Positions 14,352 to 27,200 of a DNA stretch of 64,000 bases are shown in pieces. This DNA comes from Nemertoderma westbladi (lineage: Eukaryota > Animalia > Xenacoelomorpha), in the NCBI GenBank assembly GCA_032718475.1, contig JAUCBJ010001457.1, positions 1 to 64,000 of the forward strand, in the 5' to 3' direction. The notes below the pieces were generated by a model. That model searched no databases. It was not told the origin of the DNA and saw only the letters and a program-made list of their open reading frames with translations. The stretch's first letter is position 1; the number at the start of each line of letters is the position of its first letter. A program made the translations under genes and the position numbers.

Positions 14352-17300
14352 ACCTTGGTGGGATAAATATTTCTCCATTTGACGCAACACCGCCGCGGCC
14401 GCTATGAGGGAGGTGAATACCGCGGCCGCTCCTAAAGCCGCAGGCCATCGCTAACTATATAGGTTAACTTGGGATTCTGGGGGACTTTTCGATGAAGGAA
14501 CTGACCAAATTTTTTTATTTTCTCACCAGGGGAGCGGCTCGGAATTCTAAGATATTAGCAACTCTAACATTATTAAATCTAACCCTTCGACGGACACGGC
14601 GGACAAAAAACCGTCATTTTTTCGACAATTTTAAAATTTTTTTGAAAGGCGCTCTACAGTGGCTCGAAAAAACCCTAGGTTATTGCTTAGCCGACGCCGG
14701 GATACGATAGAAGGGATTAATTAGTGAATTCGTTTTTTTTTTCAAAAAAGATTACCACGCCTTTTTTCCGAAAATGTCCGTCAAAGTTGAAAAAACGGAC
14801 AAAATGACTTTGCGGGATCCGCTATAACTCGGCTAATATTAATCGTACGGGGACGAAAGTAACGCGGTTGGAAAGGGGAAGAGTGGTACTACCTTCGTAT
14901 CGAATGGGGGTAAGATATTTATTAAAATTGCGGGTGGAAAAAGGGGCTGTAAATTTGTACGTTTTTGTCCGTCTTTTTTGGAAAACTTATTTCCGAAATG
15001 TTTAATTCGACAACGCGGGTAGGAATCCACTAATTATTTTATGAAACTCGTAGAAGACCATTGGGGCTACGTTCCTATCGAATGGGGGTACAAAAAATAT
15101 GTCGGCAATAGGGGCCAAAAAGGGCCACAATTTGTAAAGTAGTTTTTATCGAATAATTTTTTATTTTTAACTTTAGTTAGTTAAGGTACATTCTATACAG
15201 TCAATATCCATACGGGGAATTCAAATATGTTATCGGTTTTGCTCCAAGGATGATATTAAAAAAATGAGGGCCAAAATTATAATTTCGAGCTTCAAACTCG
15301 CTTCGCGGGAAATCGTCTAGCTCGAAAACTACTTAACTTACGGGAGATTTGTTTACACAGACTTATAGTGCGTTAAATTATCTATCTAACAGCGTTAATC
15401 ACAGCGCCGGAGGTATTATAAAACTGGAGCGGCAGGCGATCGTGTGAAATATAATATTTATAAAAAGGGACGAAAAAATTTTTTTTTTAACAAATCGCTA
15501 CTCCATTATAGTTTAGCGTATTGCGCCAAAAGTACCTGTAAAAAGTATCAAATTAACTCCGCTATCTTTTATCTTAACATATATCATTAAAATTACGAAT
15601 TTTAAGGGTCGAAAAATATCGCGTTATTTTGGCCCTTTTTTTAAATTTTTTTGGGGCCAAAAATAACCCCTTCTCAAAAGATTAAGAAAAAAATTACGGC
15701 AAAGAATATACCAATTTTATTGAATTTGGACCACCAGAACCGAAGTTAGAGCGATTTTAGTGAAAAAATAAAAATAATTTTTTTTGCAAAAAATTTAAGA
15801 ATGGTCAGGTCAATATTGGATTTCGAACCCGCGAACTTAGGTTTCATTAACGTGATTGATAACCACTAGACTATGTGACCAAGTGAATTTGAAATTTTCG
15901 ACTGACTATTTTAAAACTTCAATAACTTCGGTTCTACTGGGCCGTTTGATCTGAAACTTTTTTCATTGGATAGAGGATAGATTGTAGTGTGTGAAATAGG
16001 ATACAACTTGGGAAAAGACGCATGTGCACTTAGTGCAAAATGCACTTAAATAGTGAACATTTTTTCGATATTTCAAACACTGTTATTTCCAGTTCTATTC
16101 ATCGTAGAATGTTATTTTTTGGATTAAAATGTAGTTTGGAGTGATTTCTAACTATAATCGTAACATTTGTTTAACTTTTTATGTCTATAAAGTGACTTAA
16201 AAATGTCCATGAAAATGGTCCAAAATCGCAAATCCAGATTTATTAAATTGGATTTTTGAGACTTTTAGCGACTGACACTTGATCATACACCATCGTAGAT
16301 CGGTAGAGGATAAACATAAGTTTGTTAAATAAGAGCCACCATTACGATCTGCTAAAGTGTATTTGTACAAATAAGTGTGCAAAAGTGCAAATTTTTTAAT
16401 AAGGTCAAATTATATAGTATTGGGTTCTTTTCTTTGCAGATACTTTATTTTCATATTAATATGTTGTTTGAACCTTACTGAGCGCCTTCCTGGGATATGC
16501 GTACAAATAACCGGCCCTTATGAGGCTTCGATTGGGTAAATTAATAAAACATAAGGTTTGTATAGTATAATATTCTAAAAACCAGTGTGATATTAAATGC
16601 ACTTTAAATAATAAATAGAAATCAAATAACAATTGGACCACACAATTAAAAACTCGCACAATTTTGTACTTATTATATCGCTTCAAATTAATTCAACAGT
16701 GGATATTTGGTGGAAGGGGGAAGTTACAGTGTGCATTCGGGGGAAGTTTGGTGAACTGCATTTATGCAGTGAATCAAAACTTCCCCCTTTGATATATCAT
16801 ATACTTAAGACATGCTAGGGTGACGGGGAAATATTTGTTACTGTCACACTTTGCTTCCATTTATCCTATCCTTTATTATTACCCCAGTCAGATAAGAGAT
16901 AATAAATCAGTAAAAACTAAACTAAACTGTCTTTCATGCAAACAAATTTCTAACTAAAGACGGGTGAATGACCATGACCATGGAAATAATTTTAAATATA
17001 ATTGTATATCAACTATTTGGGGAGGCTTCCAAGTTAAACCCGAAAACAATTATTTTGTTACATATATACTGTAGTAAATAACGTTGTATGTTCTTCTTCC
17101 TCTCATAATAAAATATAAATGAAATATCTCAGATAGCTATGCCCTGTAACATTTAACAACCAAAATATTTAAGTGTGAAAAGTGTAGGCCTACCACACTC
17201 CGCCCAAACAACCGCAAACGCATAGCCAACAAATTTAACAAAAGGTTACATACATGTTGGGTTCATGACGAGATGAGTGAAAATTGATCGCGTAATATAA

Positions 17301-17396
17301 AGTAAAAAATTAAGAGACGGGCTGGCTCTCCTCCACTTTCTTACCCAATGGATATGTTGTTGTAATAATCTAATATTGGGGCGGCTTTCTCTCGGT
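14352..17396. mobile_element. 3.0-kb non-coding dispersed repeat, copy 1
   Basis: Near-identical direct copy at 40363-43394 with the same ends (ACCTTGGTGGGATAAAT ... GGCTTTCTCTCGGT) and unrelated flanks. Confidence 0.93.
15808..15880 (-). other. tRNA-like module inside the 3-kb repeat
   Basis: 73 nt: GGTCA...TGACC acceptor-like stem, A box TAGTCTAGTGG, B box GGTTCGAAATCC; anticodon arm does not pair, so not a functional tRNA. Confidence 0.55.
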
Positions 17397-18584
17397 GATT
17401 TTCTCCCTCTATTAATAATTTTATAATATATGAGGTGTTAATAATAAAAAATAAATAAATTGCATTTAACATTTCAGTGGCTGACAGTTTACAGTCAGAC
17501 AACAGACAGTAAGCTATTCTACATACCAGTCTGCCGGTACCGGTACTGCATTTCAGTATTTGGTAGGTACCGGTTAATTTCACCGTTTTACTGACTCACT
17601 GATTTAGGATGACAGGGAGTATACCCTATAGGGTGGTAATTTTCATCCGGCTGTTCAATTTTAATGCCGTTTGGGTACCATTGGGTGTCGGTTTGGTGCG
17701 TTTGGGTGCCGATTGGCTGATTGGGTGCGCTTGGCTGCTTGGCTGTTTGGGTAATGAGTCATACTGGCCTACAGCAGTACAGCTATAAAATGTATACTGT
17801 TAGAATATCCTATTAATGCTCTAGGCCTAGGCTATTCAGTTAGTACAAAAATGAATGATTAATTAATTAATTGCTGACAAACAGTGTTTATGTTGATCAA
17901 GAAAATATCGGGCAAAGTAACAGTCCCAAAAGGCAAAGTAAAGTAGCCCAATTTTAAAGTAAATTTAACTAATTAAACCTAAAAAAAACCTATTTTTGAT
18001 GAAATTTTCAAAAGTAGGTGATTTAAAAAAACCTAAAAAAAACCTAGGTGCTGGGTAAAGTACAAAGTAGGCCTAGGTTATTACTTGTTGGTTTAACAAT
18101 TACGGAAGTGCGTTAAAAATTGCATTAGCTGTTAAAAAAAATGCTGCTGCTGCTAAACAGGGACAGATACAGCCAACAGCAGCAGTAGGCAGGTAGGCCT
18201 ACTGACTTTGGCAGACTATGGTTACACTATTACACTCCTTCAAAATTTAAATTGCATTGGTGCGGTGCTCTTCAAAATTGTTTCAATGTGTGGCGTGCTT
18301 AAAAATTTCGTTGGCGCGGGGTTTGTTTTGAAATTGCATCGGTGCGCGGCGCACATAAATATCAGAATATTGGTCGGCGCGCTATCCGGCGCACTTTTTG
18401 GATGGATTCCATAAAGCTGTAAGGCTGTAAGGGCCTAGTTAGACACAAAATTCCAATACTGGTCAGCCGGTAGCCTTTTTCTACTCCCAGTATTTTTACA
18501 TGACAGTGACAATCTTACAAACACAAACAGTACCGGTACAGGGTACAACACCTTTAGGTTGGATACATGGAGGTAGAATTATAT

Positions 18585-18710
18585 GTCAGATGCCGTCCGA
18601 TCCGATCCGATCCGATCCGATGCAATTCAGCAATTATTCTAGCTACAACTGTCAGACTGCAGACTGTACAAGCCTAGCTGCTTAGGCCTACTTCTGTTTT
18701 GCCTATCACA
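18585..18710. repeat. Left arm of a ~125-bp inverted repeat containing (TCCGA)n
   Basis: Reverse complement of 21841-21975 with a few indels. Confidence 0.9.
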
Positions 18711-20659
18711 GTTTCTCTAACAGTCTAACGCAATATCCCTTTAAATGAATATCAGAATATTCCACCTATCTTTGCGGTGTTTTATTTAATTAATATAGGG
18801 CATAATAAATTAGTAGAGGAGCTAGATCTGAAAACTGATTATACCGCGGTTATACGGCGCCTACACTTTTCTTTACTGCAATGAAAGCCGGTGTATAGCT
18901 GTATAGTACCCGGCTGCGTAGGGTTCCAGGACGAAGGTCAGAAAAAAAGCACTACTGCATGGCCACTTTTCGACCGTCGACACAAAGCCGCTACGAAGTT
19001 ATTATGGGACAGGATGGTGATGCTCGGTAGACAGTGGCGGTTCTAGGGGGGGGGGGGGGCAAGGGGGCATCTGCCCCTCCCCAGGTATCTTGGGGGGGGG
19101 GGGGGGGGGTTACCCCCTCCCTAGCGAAAGGTAATGTGGTAAATCCGTACCAGTGGGTACCGACTTGCTCGAAAACAGACCTCTCTGGGAAAAGACTTCT
19201 ATTTTTTTTCAAAATTTAGTTACTACCCGGAGATATCCATTATAAAACACTCTGATATTTTTGTAAAATTCTGGAACTTTGGGAATTCGGGAAAAAATCG
19301 GGAAATTTTCTTCAAAGTATAATAATTTTTTTTAATGTTTCCTTTTGTTTATTTTTTTTTCATTAGGGGCTGCGACGAACTGTAGCTTGTTTCCGAAACG
19401 TGCAGTGGCGTGCAGAAGGGGGGGGGGGGGGGGGGGGCACCCTCCAAGGGGCGCCAAAATTTGAGCAGTAGTGGCATCATAGCCAGCTGATAGTATAATG
19501 GTGGTTCCAAGTTTAGCTTATTGATGCTAGACATTTAGCCCATCCAACATACAAACATAGTAGTTTGGTTCTGTATTGGTTGCATAGCCTTTCAGCACTG
19601 CCCACATTGCACATGTGAAGGTGTCACAGGTGAGAAGGTAGATGTCTCCTGCGATTGGTCCATGGTATGGTCACTGGAAATATCTCCATTGGTAAGTTCA
19701 GTGGCATGTGCAAGTTCATGCAGGGCATGTGCATGTGGTTGGGTTAATTAACATAGTCCTGTGGTCGGTTAGTTATAATAAATATAAAAAAAAATATATA
19801 AATGATAAAGGTCCGCTTTTCAAAAATGTGCCCTACCCCACTCCAGACTGCCAGATGCTCCCTACGTCCATGCTACAGGTAAAGCTAGTAATTGGCTTGG
19901 AGGAGGGAGGGGGAACTGGAGGTACGTCGTACACCCTCCAACGAAATTGTTTATACTAATTAGTGTTTGATAATTTTTTAAATATTTCAAAAAATATTCG
20001 TTCTAGAACATTATTTTTTTAAAATAAAATAGCTAGTCATGTTCTGGTATATTTCAAAAAATAAATTCAAAAACTTAACTAAGATAGTATATTAAATTTG
20101 GTCTTTCTGACTATCCGACAATCTGTCCGTCATATATAAGAAAAGGTTCAGTTTAGTTTAATACCTGGAGTATACTACCCCCCCCCCCCCCCCCCCCCAT
20201 AGAGTTTCGTGGAGCTATACTTACCATGGAGGGAGCTATAGAGTTTCGATAAAGCTGTAAAGTTTCCCCCAGGATAATAATAATAATTTTATAATGGCTT
20301 TAATTAACCTAATCTTACTTAAAAATCATGACAACTAAATTATTGTTTAACAAATACATTTCAACGGATACAATAAATTTGTTAAATACACTCTAATTAT
20401 ATTGCCGCAAAGGAACAACAGATATCAAGAGAGAGACTTTCAGTCTGGATTTCCGCATAGAAAAATAGTTTTACAATAATTAGTATTAATTATTATGGGT
20501 AGAATGTATTCGAATATTTCAAGTGATTATTTAAATGAAACGTTGCAAATTATGACTACAACACTGTTGATAACGGTTATAAGATAAGATAGTCCCTATA
20601 CCATGTTATGTAGCAATCATAATAATAATCAGATTACACATCTTTCCTTTAGGAAACAT

Positions 20660-20862
20660 AAATAGGTACAAGACCGTACACAACTGTTACATAATAGGTA
20701 CAAAATGTACGCAACTTGGTACATAATAGGTGTAAAAGGTACACACCTTGGTACATAATAAGTACAAAAGGTACACAACTTGGTACATAATAAGTACAAA
20801 AGGTACACAACTTGGTACAATAGGTACAAAAGTTACACAACTTGGTACATTGTAGGTACAAA
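20660..20862. repeat. ~33-bp tandem repeat, about 6 copies
   Basis: Unit approx TAGGTACAAAAGGTACACAACTTGGTACATAA; abuts the truncated end of the DDX1 remnant. Confidence 0.85.
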
Positions 20863-21690
20863 ACGGCGCCCGGGGCCGGGATACAATGGTGTACCCGGAA
20901 AGCAGATGCGCAGATAAACGGATAAATTCGGCGAAAATAAACATAATTTCAGCATTCTTTAAAGATACAGACAGACTGCGGGAATACAGGAATAACGGGA
21001 GTTTGCGTAAATTAGCGGGAATCTCGTAAGCTTTCCCGAGATCACTTCCGTTTTTACTGTACCAGTACCCAATTGTGCCCACATCCAGATCGATCCGATA
21101 ACCGATCACGTCGCCTAGTCCGTATGGTTGTCCATAGTCTGATAGTCGTCAAAACGCCGCCTGAAGCGCTTCTTACCGTTTCCTCCGAAGCGCTTCCGGT
21201 GCTCCAACCAACCCGACATGGCCCCTCGCACCTCGTCCTTTACCGTCGCCTCGTAATAGCTGAATAGTAACGACCGGATCCGACTATTCCTTAGTCGTCC
21301 GGGTACCGTGCAAACTCCTCTGGTCACGCGCATGACACAGCGACACAGCAATCCGTCCGGGGAGATGGCCAACTGGTCACCTCTATCGCTCTATCGAATG
21401 GGTTCAACTGAAATTTTGTAGGCCTAGTTCTTCCCCCCGATTTCCCATCGAGTTTTCCATCTCGGAGTTTGTACCGTAGAGTTTCATGGACCAGCTGTAC
21501 CGGTAGTATCGGGATACAGAATGCCCCGGCTGCCCGCTTCCCGTTTCCGCAGCCACCAGCACAGTCTCCACCGCCCAGGATCAGAGCTGCAGAGGGACAG
21601 CCTCACCCTGCAAGTTGGTCGGTAGACTCCATTCCAGGCCAGGACATCCAACGCACGTACAGACGTCCGATTTCCTTCTGAACACCAGTC
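20862..21690 (-). pseudogene. DDX1: DDX1 (DEAD-box helicase with SPRY insertion) pseudogene, N-terminal fragment without introns
   Basis: Across frameshifts: LGVQKEI, EWSLPTNLQGEAVPL (Q motif), ILGGGD..VAAETGSG (motif I), GAFCIPI, then SPRY: AISPDGLLC, YYEATVKDE, FGGNGKK...FDDY, IGYRIDLDVGTI..SKNGSDLGKAYEIP, LKNAEIMFIF. SPRY directly after motif I is diagnostic of DDX1. Confidence 0.88.
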
Positions 21691-21840
21691 TGACAGTCAG
21701 CCACAGACCTACGAACGATCCCATACCAGCATACTGTGTACTGCAGTACTGCCATACCTGCATACTGCCATATAGGCCTACAGATATACAATAATGCAAT
21801 AGGCCAATAGTCATACTGCCAGACTGCGTTCAGCTGTTCA

Positions 21841-21975
21841 GTGTTAGGCAAAACAGAAGTACAGAAGTAGGCCTAAGCAGCTATAGGCTTGTACAGTCTG
21901 CAGTCTGACAGTTGTAGCTACAATAATTGCCGAAATGCATCGGATCGGATCGGATCGGATCGGACGGCATCTGAC
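21841..21975. repeat. Right arm of the ~125-bp inverted repeat containing (TCGGA)n
   Basis: Reverse complement of 18585-18710. Confidence 0.9.
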
Positions 21976-22487
21976 TATAAATGCACCCTAGGATACATGT
22001 TCCTACGCTGCAACAATTTAAGACAGATCTGTTATCTGTTGATTTTAGCTCATATATTAAATTTAACCGTATGTAATTGTAATTTGTACATTTAATTTTG
22101 TACAGTATCTATTTGATGTTTTTCTTTTTAATGAAATTTTTACTATAGGCCTACACTCGAACGCAACGGTCACATGTAAGCCAATCAGAAATCTGTGTCG
22201 TGTATTTTAAATAGTTGTTTTATATCATTGTTTTAATTTGCTTTGTGCCCGAGATGTCTCCTACATCTGAATAATATAATATATATAATATGTACAGTAC
22301 ATGACCGAACGTCAAATTGTCAAACGTAATCAGGATGGAATGTAACACTGTAACATAGTTCAGTAGTTATTACGTATTGAACGTAACCGCAATTATGTTA
22401 CATTGGATCCTCTATAACTATGTTACAGTTACATTCGATCTACAAATTACTAAGCCGAAGTCCGAATGTAACATTGCCATTTCTGCA

Positions 22488-23154
22488 TTTAAAGGAGCAG
22501 GTTAGGTTACAGGCAGACAGGAGGAGAGGCGTGTTGGCGTTTGGAGAACCAATAAACGAAAGTTAACACATATGTTCAGTTCAGATGTTGCAAGATTATG
22601 CAGGTTACTTTTATTTAAAGGCTGAAAGGAGCAGGTTACGTTACAGACTTACAGAGGCGTGTTTGGGGGGAACCAAAACAATAAACGAAAGTTAACACTT
22701 AGGCCTAACACATGTTACAAGATTATGCAGGTTACTTAATTGGGTCTTTGTTTTGTACTCACCAAACGGTTTCTTCCTGTAAATAAACGAAGCATTTCAT
22801 CGGTAAGGCCTAACTCCTGAAATCAAAACACAACTGAAATAAATGTAGGCGTAGATGTTACATTCGAGCGGTCCTACTAAAAACCGCACTTTACCGCAAC
22901 TACAGTAGTTGTTATTTTCAAGCAGCTGCATGGTCTAGCTGTCTAGTGGCGAAATTCCTGGGCTTCCAATTAGGAGGCCCCTGTTCGATCCCTTGCTGCC
23001 TTCAGCCTTGGCCGTGTAGCACTGTTTTCTGTTCGTGCAGTGTTTTAAAACCGGTCATACGAATTACCCCAAACCAAAATACCCCGAAATCCTTGTTTTT
23101 CACTCTCGTGTATTGTTTTGGTTAGAAAAACTTGCCACTGTAACCTGCTCCTTT
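22488..23154. mobile_element. Possible Kolobok/T2-type MITE ends (TTAA-AGGAGCAGGTTA) with an internal ~135-bp tandem duplication
   Basis: AAAGGAGCAGGTTA at about 22491 and 22626, reverse complement GTAACCTGCTCCTTT at about 23140; a related end at 12150-12190. TTAA+AGG termini are typical of Kolobok/T2. Confidence 0.4.
22925..22998 (+). other. tRNA-derived (Gly-TCC-like) pseudo-module
   Basis: GTCTAGTGG A box, CTTCCAA loop, GGAGGCCCCTGTTCGATCCC T arm; acceptor stem not intact. Confidence 0.5.
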
Positions 23155-23384
23155 CCCTCGCTGCCTCGCCGTTTCTAAATATTGTAGGCTTATTTTGGGG
23201 TATATACCGCATACCGGTAATAGTTTAACCTTTTTCTGGTATTTTGAGACTATTTAGGGGTAGGCCTAATTAAGTACGACCCTAACAGTCTAATGTTAAC
23301 ATATAGCCTATTGGTTTTATATTGATCACATTACAGCATTAATTATAAATTTTGTCATTTTTAAAACACTGCAAAAACAGCGTT

Positions 23385-23456
23385 GTCTGGTCAAGGGATC
23401 GAACCAGGGCCTCCTACGTGGAAGCCTAAGGTTGTCACCACTACACCATGAGGCTG
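23385..23456 (-). other. tRNA-derived (Gly-TCC-like) pseudo-module
   Basis: Reverse complement reads TGGTGTAGTGGTGA...GGCTTCCACGTAGGAGGCCCTGGTTCGATCCC (A and B boxes). Confidence 0.55.
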
Positions 23457-24131
23457 CTTGAAAATGACAATTAGTTGCGGTAAATTGCGGTTTTTAGTAG
23501 GACCCCATTCGAGCTTAGTAATTTGTAGATCAAATGTAACATAGGTATAGGATCCAATGTAACATAATTGAGGTTACGTTCGATTCATAAAAACTATGTT
23601 ACATTCGATCCTGATTACGTTTGGTCTGTCACCCCTTTAGGTTTATTCAATTCCGACCATGTCAGCATGTAGCTGGTTGCATTGGTATTGCAGTATTGGC
23701 AATAGGTTCGGTAGGCAGGTAGGGCAATCATGGCAATTAAGCAATCTGCAATCTAGTTGTGGTCTGATTGTTCCTGAATGGCCCCATGCAGGATGCATCC
23801 ATGGTACAGCAGTAAGTGTGCTACAGTAGGTGTGTAAGTAGGCCTAATGACTGAATGATGCTCTGTTCAGTCTGATCTGAGGAATTTTATGGTATTTCGG
23901 ACTTAATGCCATTAGCAGATTAACCCAATTAAGGTTAGGGCAAGGGCAACATGCACCATAAAATCGAGGTTATACCATGCCATGCATCCATGGGCCTACC
24001 TTCAGCCTATCAAATTTAATTAGAAATTGATATAGTCTACCGGTAACGGATTTATATCATGGATGATTAAAGACTGTTTAAAGACTTTGGTTGTTACGGG
24101 TAGTTGCTGCTGTAAAATTAGACTAAATTGG

Positions 24132-24229
24132 GTAAGTTTCTACACTGAGTGAATGATTTTAACATTTTATTCACCGGTAGCGGTAGGCTTATTTACACTT
24201 ATTCTTGTAACAAAAAATATAATGTTCAG
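24132..24229 (+). other. Putative 5'-UTR intron of the PUS7L-like gene
   Basis: GTAAGT donor at 24132 and TTCAG acceptor ending 24229, 41 bp upstream of the ATG. Confidence 0.4.
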
Positions 24230-24270
24230 GTTTTCATCATTAAACAATTGTAAATGTAAATAGTCATTCA

Positions 24271-27200
24271 ATGGAGAGAGAGGGGGAAGCTACTAAACAT
24301 TCAACTCAATCTGGTATTGATAGTTATGTAGGAGATCACTCTGGGTTTTATGGTGTTATTCTCCAAAGATGTGATGATTTCGAAGCGACACAGCTTGACT
24401 TTAGTGGTCGACCTGTGACATTAGATATTAACCTTTTTCCCATTGTGAAGGAAATTAATAGACATGTACCTCCTCATGATGATTCTGAGTTGATACAATT
24501 ACACCAGGACAGTAATAGCCGAATTTTAGAAACCGTCAACCTAGTAAATGATTGCTTAGTTGCAAATCGTGACAGGGTCACCACAGATATATGTGAAGAT
24601 ACAGAAAGGGGAAAGGATACCAACCCATTGGGAAAAGTTGACAGTGTTACGACAGATATTTGTGAAGGTACGGAAGGGGGAAATGATCCCAACCCACTGG
24701 GAAAAGTTGACAGTGTTACGACAGAGATTTGTGAAGATAAAGAAGGGGGGAAGGATACCGTTCCAGTGGGAAACGTTGACATTGTAATTGATGCCGGGGG
24801 GACTATAGTTAGTGATAATGAACGAACCCTTGAAACTGTTGATATAGATAGATCCAATGATAACATCAGTATCAAGAAAGGTGACATTGGTGGACCAATT
24901 GATAGTAATGTGAAGGCCAATAATGTAGTAAATCTGAATGAAGTTGATGGTGAAGGAACAATTGATATCATTGCGAAAGCATGTAACATTGACGGAATTA
25001 TGGACAAGTGTTCAGAGGTAAATAATACAGGTGAAGTTGATACATTTTGTGCAACCATTGATAGTAGCATTTATAAGGCAGATAATGTTGTTGGCATCGA
25101 TGTTAAAATCAGTGATGATATTCTAAATGCAGATGATGATGAGCAAAAAATTATTTGCTCTTCGGAAATAAAATATGATGGCGGGACTGTTGAAACATGT
25201 TCAAAGGTAGACCATAAAACTGATGGTGGAGCCAATGATGAAAAAATATGTGAAATAGTAATTGAGGAAATTCTTGATAACAAATATATTCCTGATATTG
25301 AAGCTGAAAAAGAAACTAAGTTTGATGATTTTCAAAGAACCAGTTCTATGGTTGACAAAGAATCTGATATTTTAAATACTTCAAAGAGTGCTATTGCAGA
25401 TGAAAATAATGATTGTATTATAGTCAAAGAGAATAGTGATAAGGGTGAAGAGAATGATGATTGTATTATTGTTCAAGAGACCAATGATCCATCCAGTCAT
25501 TATTCAAATGTCCCTGTGCAATTATCAAGTAAACCTATAGATATTGTTCCTTTATCTTCAGTATCATCAAATTCATTGACAGGGAACCCAACAAATATGA
25601 CAATTAATATATCTCATTTACTTAGCAATGCCTTACAAAAATCATCACATTTCTTATATCATGCATCTGTTTTAGGAAACAATATGTCTGAAGAAAAATT
25701 ACAAATGCTCAATACGTTTGCTGGATATAAAAACTTCGTGATGAGTAATGTGCGACTTGTTGGTAATTATCCAAGCAGTACCGACAGAATTATTATCTTA
25801 ACAGCCATAAAACATGTTTTTCCTCAGCTATTCCCTTTCGAAAAATCCACAGAAATCCATGTTGTCCAAAATGATTTATATTATGCCCTCCTTGACCTGC
25901 TTCCAGTGACAGATTTTATTGATTTCTTTTTATTTCTCGTTGGCCCTTTTGAAGCCATATTCTCATTTAATTATTACCCAAATCGGAAATTTTGTGCAAA
26001 GTTAGTAAAAGTTATCAATGCAAAGTGCGATGGTTTGGTGACAGCGTTTTTGGATACAAATGTGAGGTGTAAATTCGCTGCTAAAGCTCAGAGAATTATC
26101 CCTTACACTCCGACTGAAACTCCTATACCTGAAGATGTACTTATTACAAAATCTATGAAGAAAAAACGAAAACCAAAACACCAACCAGCATCGGAGATTA
26201 TCACAACATCTTACAGACATTTCTTCGATCATACACTTTTTGTTGTGGAAACACAATTTATGAAGCAAACTTCATTAATCAATCGACTATGTTTTTTGCA
26301 GCAGTGTGACTATTATAATTTTAGTTCATTTAATGATCACATAGGGGCTGGCATAGTAACACAACTCATGTCTCTGCAGGGATCATCTATAGACTGTTTC
26401 AAAGATAATATAAAACAATTTGGTGTCCCCCCTGGCATCAGGATTGGTAGCAAGGCACCTGTAGATTCACACTTGCTGTGTAGTATGCTTATGTCCACAC
26501 TGTATAAAGTTACAGTGCGACAGGCCAAGGTGGAAGAGGGCAGTGATGATACTTTCTATTCATGGCTTTCTGCTGTTGTTAAGGTAGCCATTGAAAGTGT
26601 TATAAAGTACGGATTTGCCAACTATTTTGATCCAAGCATTTTTATTGGTGGATCTGGCATTCAACTGCATGTTGTGGGCATGGCTCTACTTCGTACAGAG
26701 TACATTCGAGTGTGCAGCACGCTTCTCAAACCAAAACCGGAGTGCAATGATCCAATTAATATTGCTAAACAGGCTTACCATTCTAATGCAGATATGCTGA
26801 CTGTCTTAAAAATGTTTAGAAAATTAGGAGCTTTAGCTGAGGCTGAACTTCTCCAACACATGATTCGCTTTAAAGGGGAACAAGATGACTTGAGACTGAG
26901 TCTTCTTTTTCTTTCTCATCATAGTAAATTGAATTACATCACTTCATATTCCCGGTGGCTCTTTAATTATGCAGTATCTCATAGACTAGCAACATATGGA
27001 TCTTCTACTGCAGTCGTGGGAGATCTGGTTATGACAGGCGAGTCCCACGATCTTTCTTCCATTAAAATGGTATCCATGTATAATGTGAATGATTATAGTA
27101 TTTATGATGTAGTTCTACCAGTAGTTGGCCACAGTAGTAATTTTCCTTTGCATAAAACTGGTGTGCAAATTAAGGATCTAATGATGCAAAAGGGGATCAC

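Larger units (their letters stand above)
22321..23623. mobile_element. Foldback element with ~270-bp inverted arms, each carrying a tRNA-derived module; left arm interrupted
   Basis: Termini CAAACGTAATCAGGAT / ATCCTGATTACGTTTG; 22321-22455 plus 22865-23050 are the reverse complement of 23358-23623. Confidence 0.85.

Noticed and set aside
19030-19460. CAGTGGCG-poly(G) segments as hAT-like MITE termini
   Set aside because: Both are in the same orientation, with no matching opposite end or TSD found.
15808-23456. tRNA-like sequences as functional tRNA genes
   Set aside because: Acceptor or anticodon stems do not pair and all lie within repeats.
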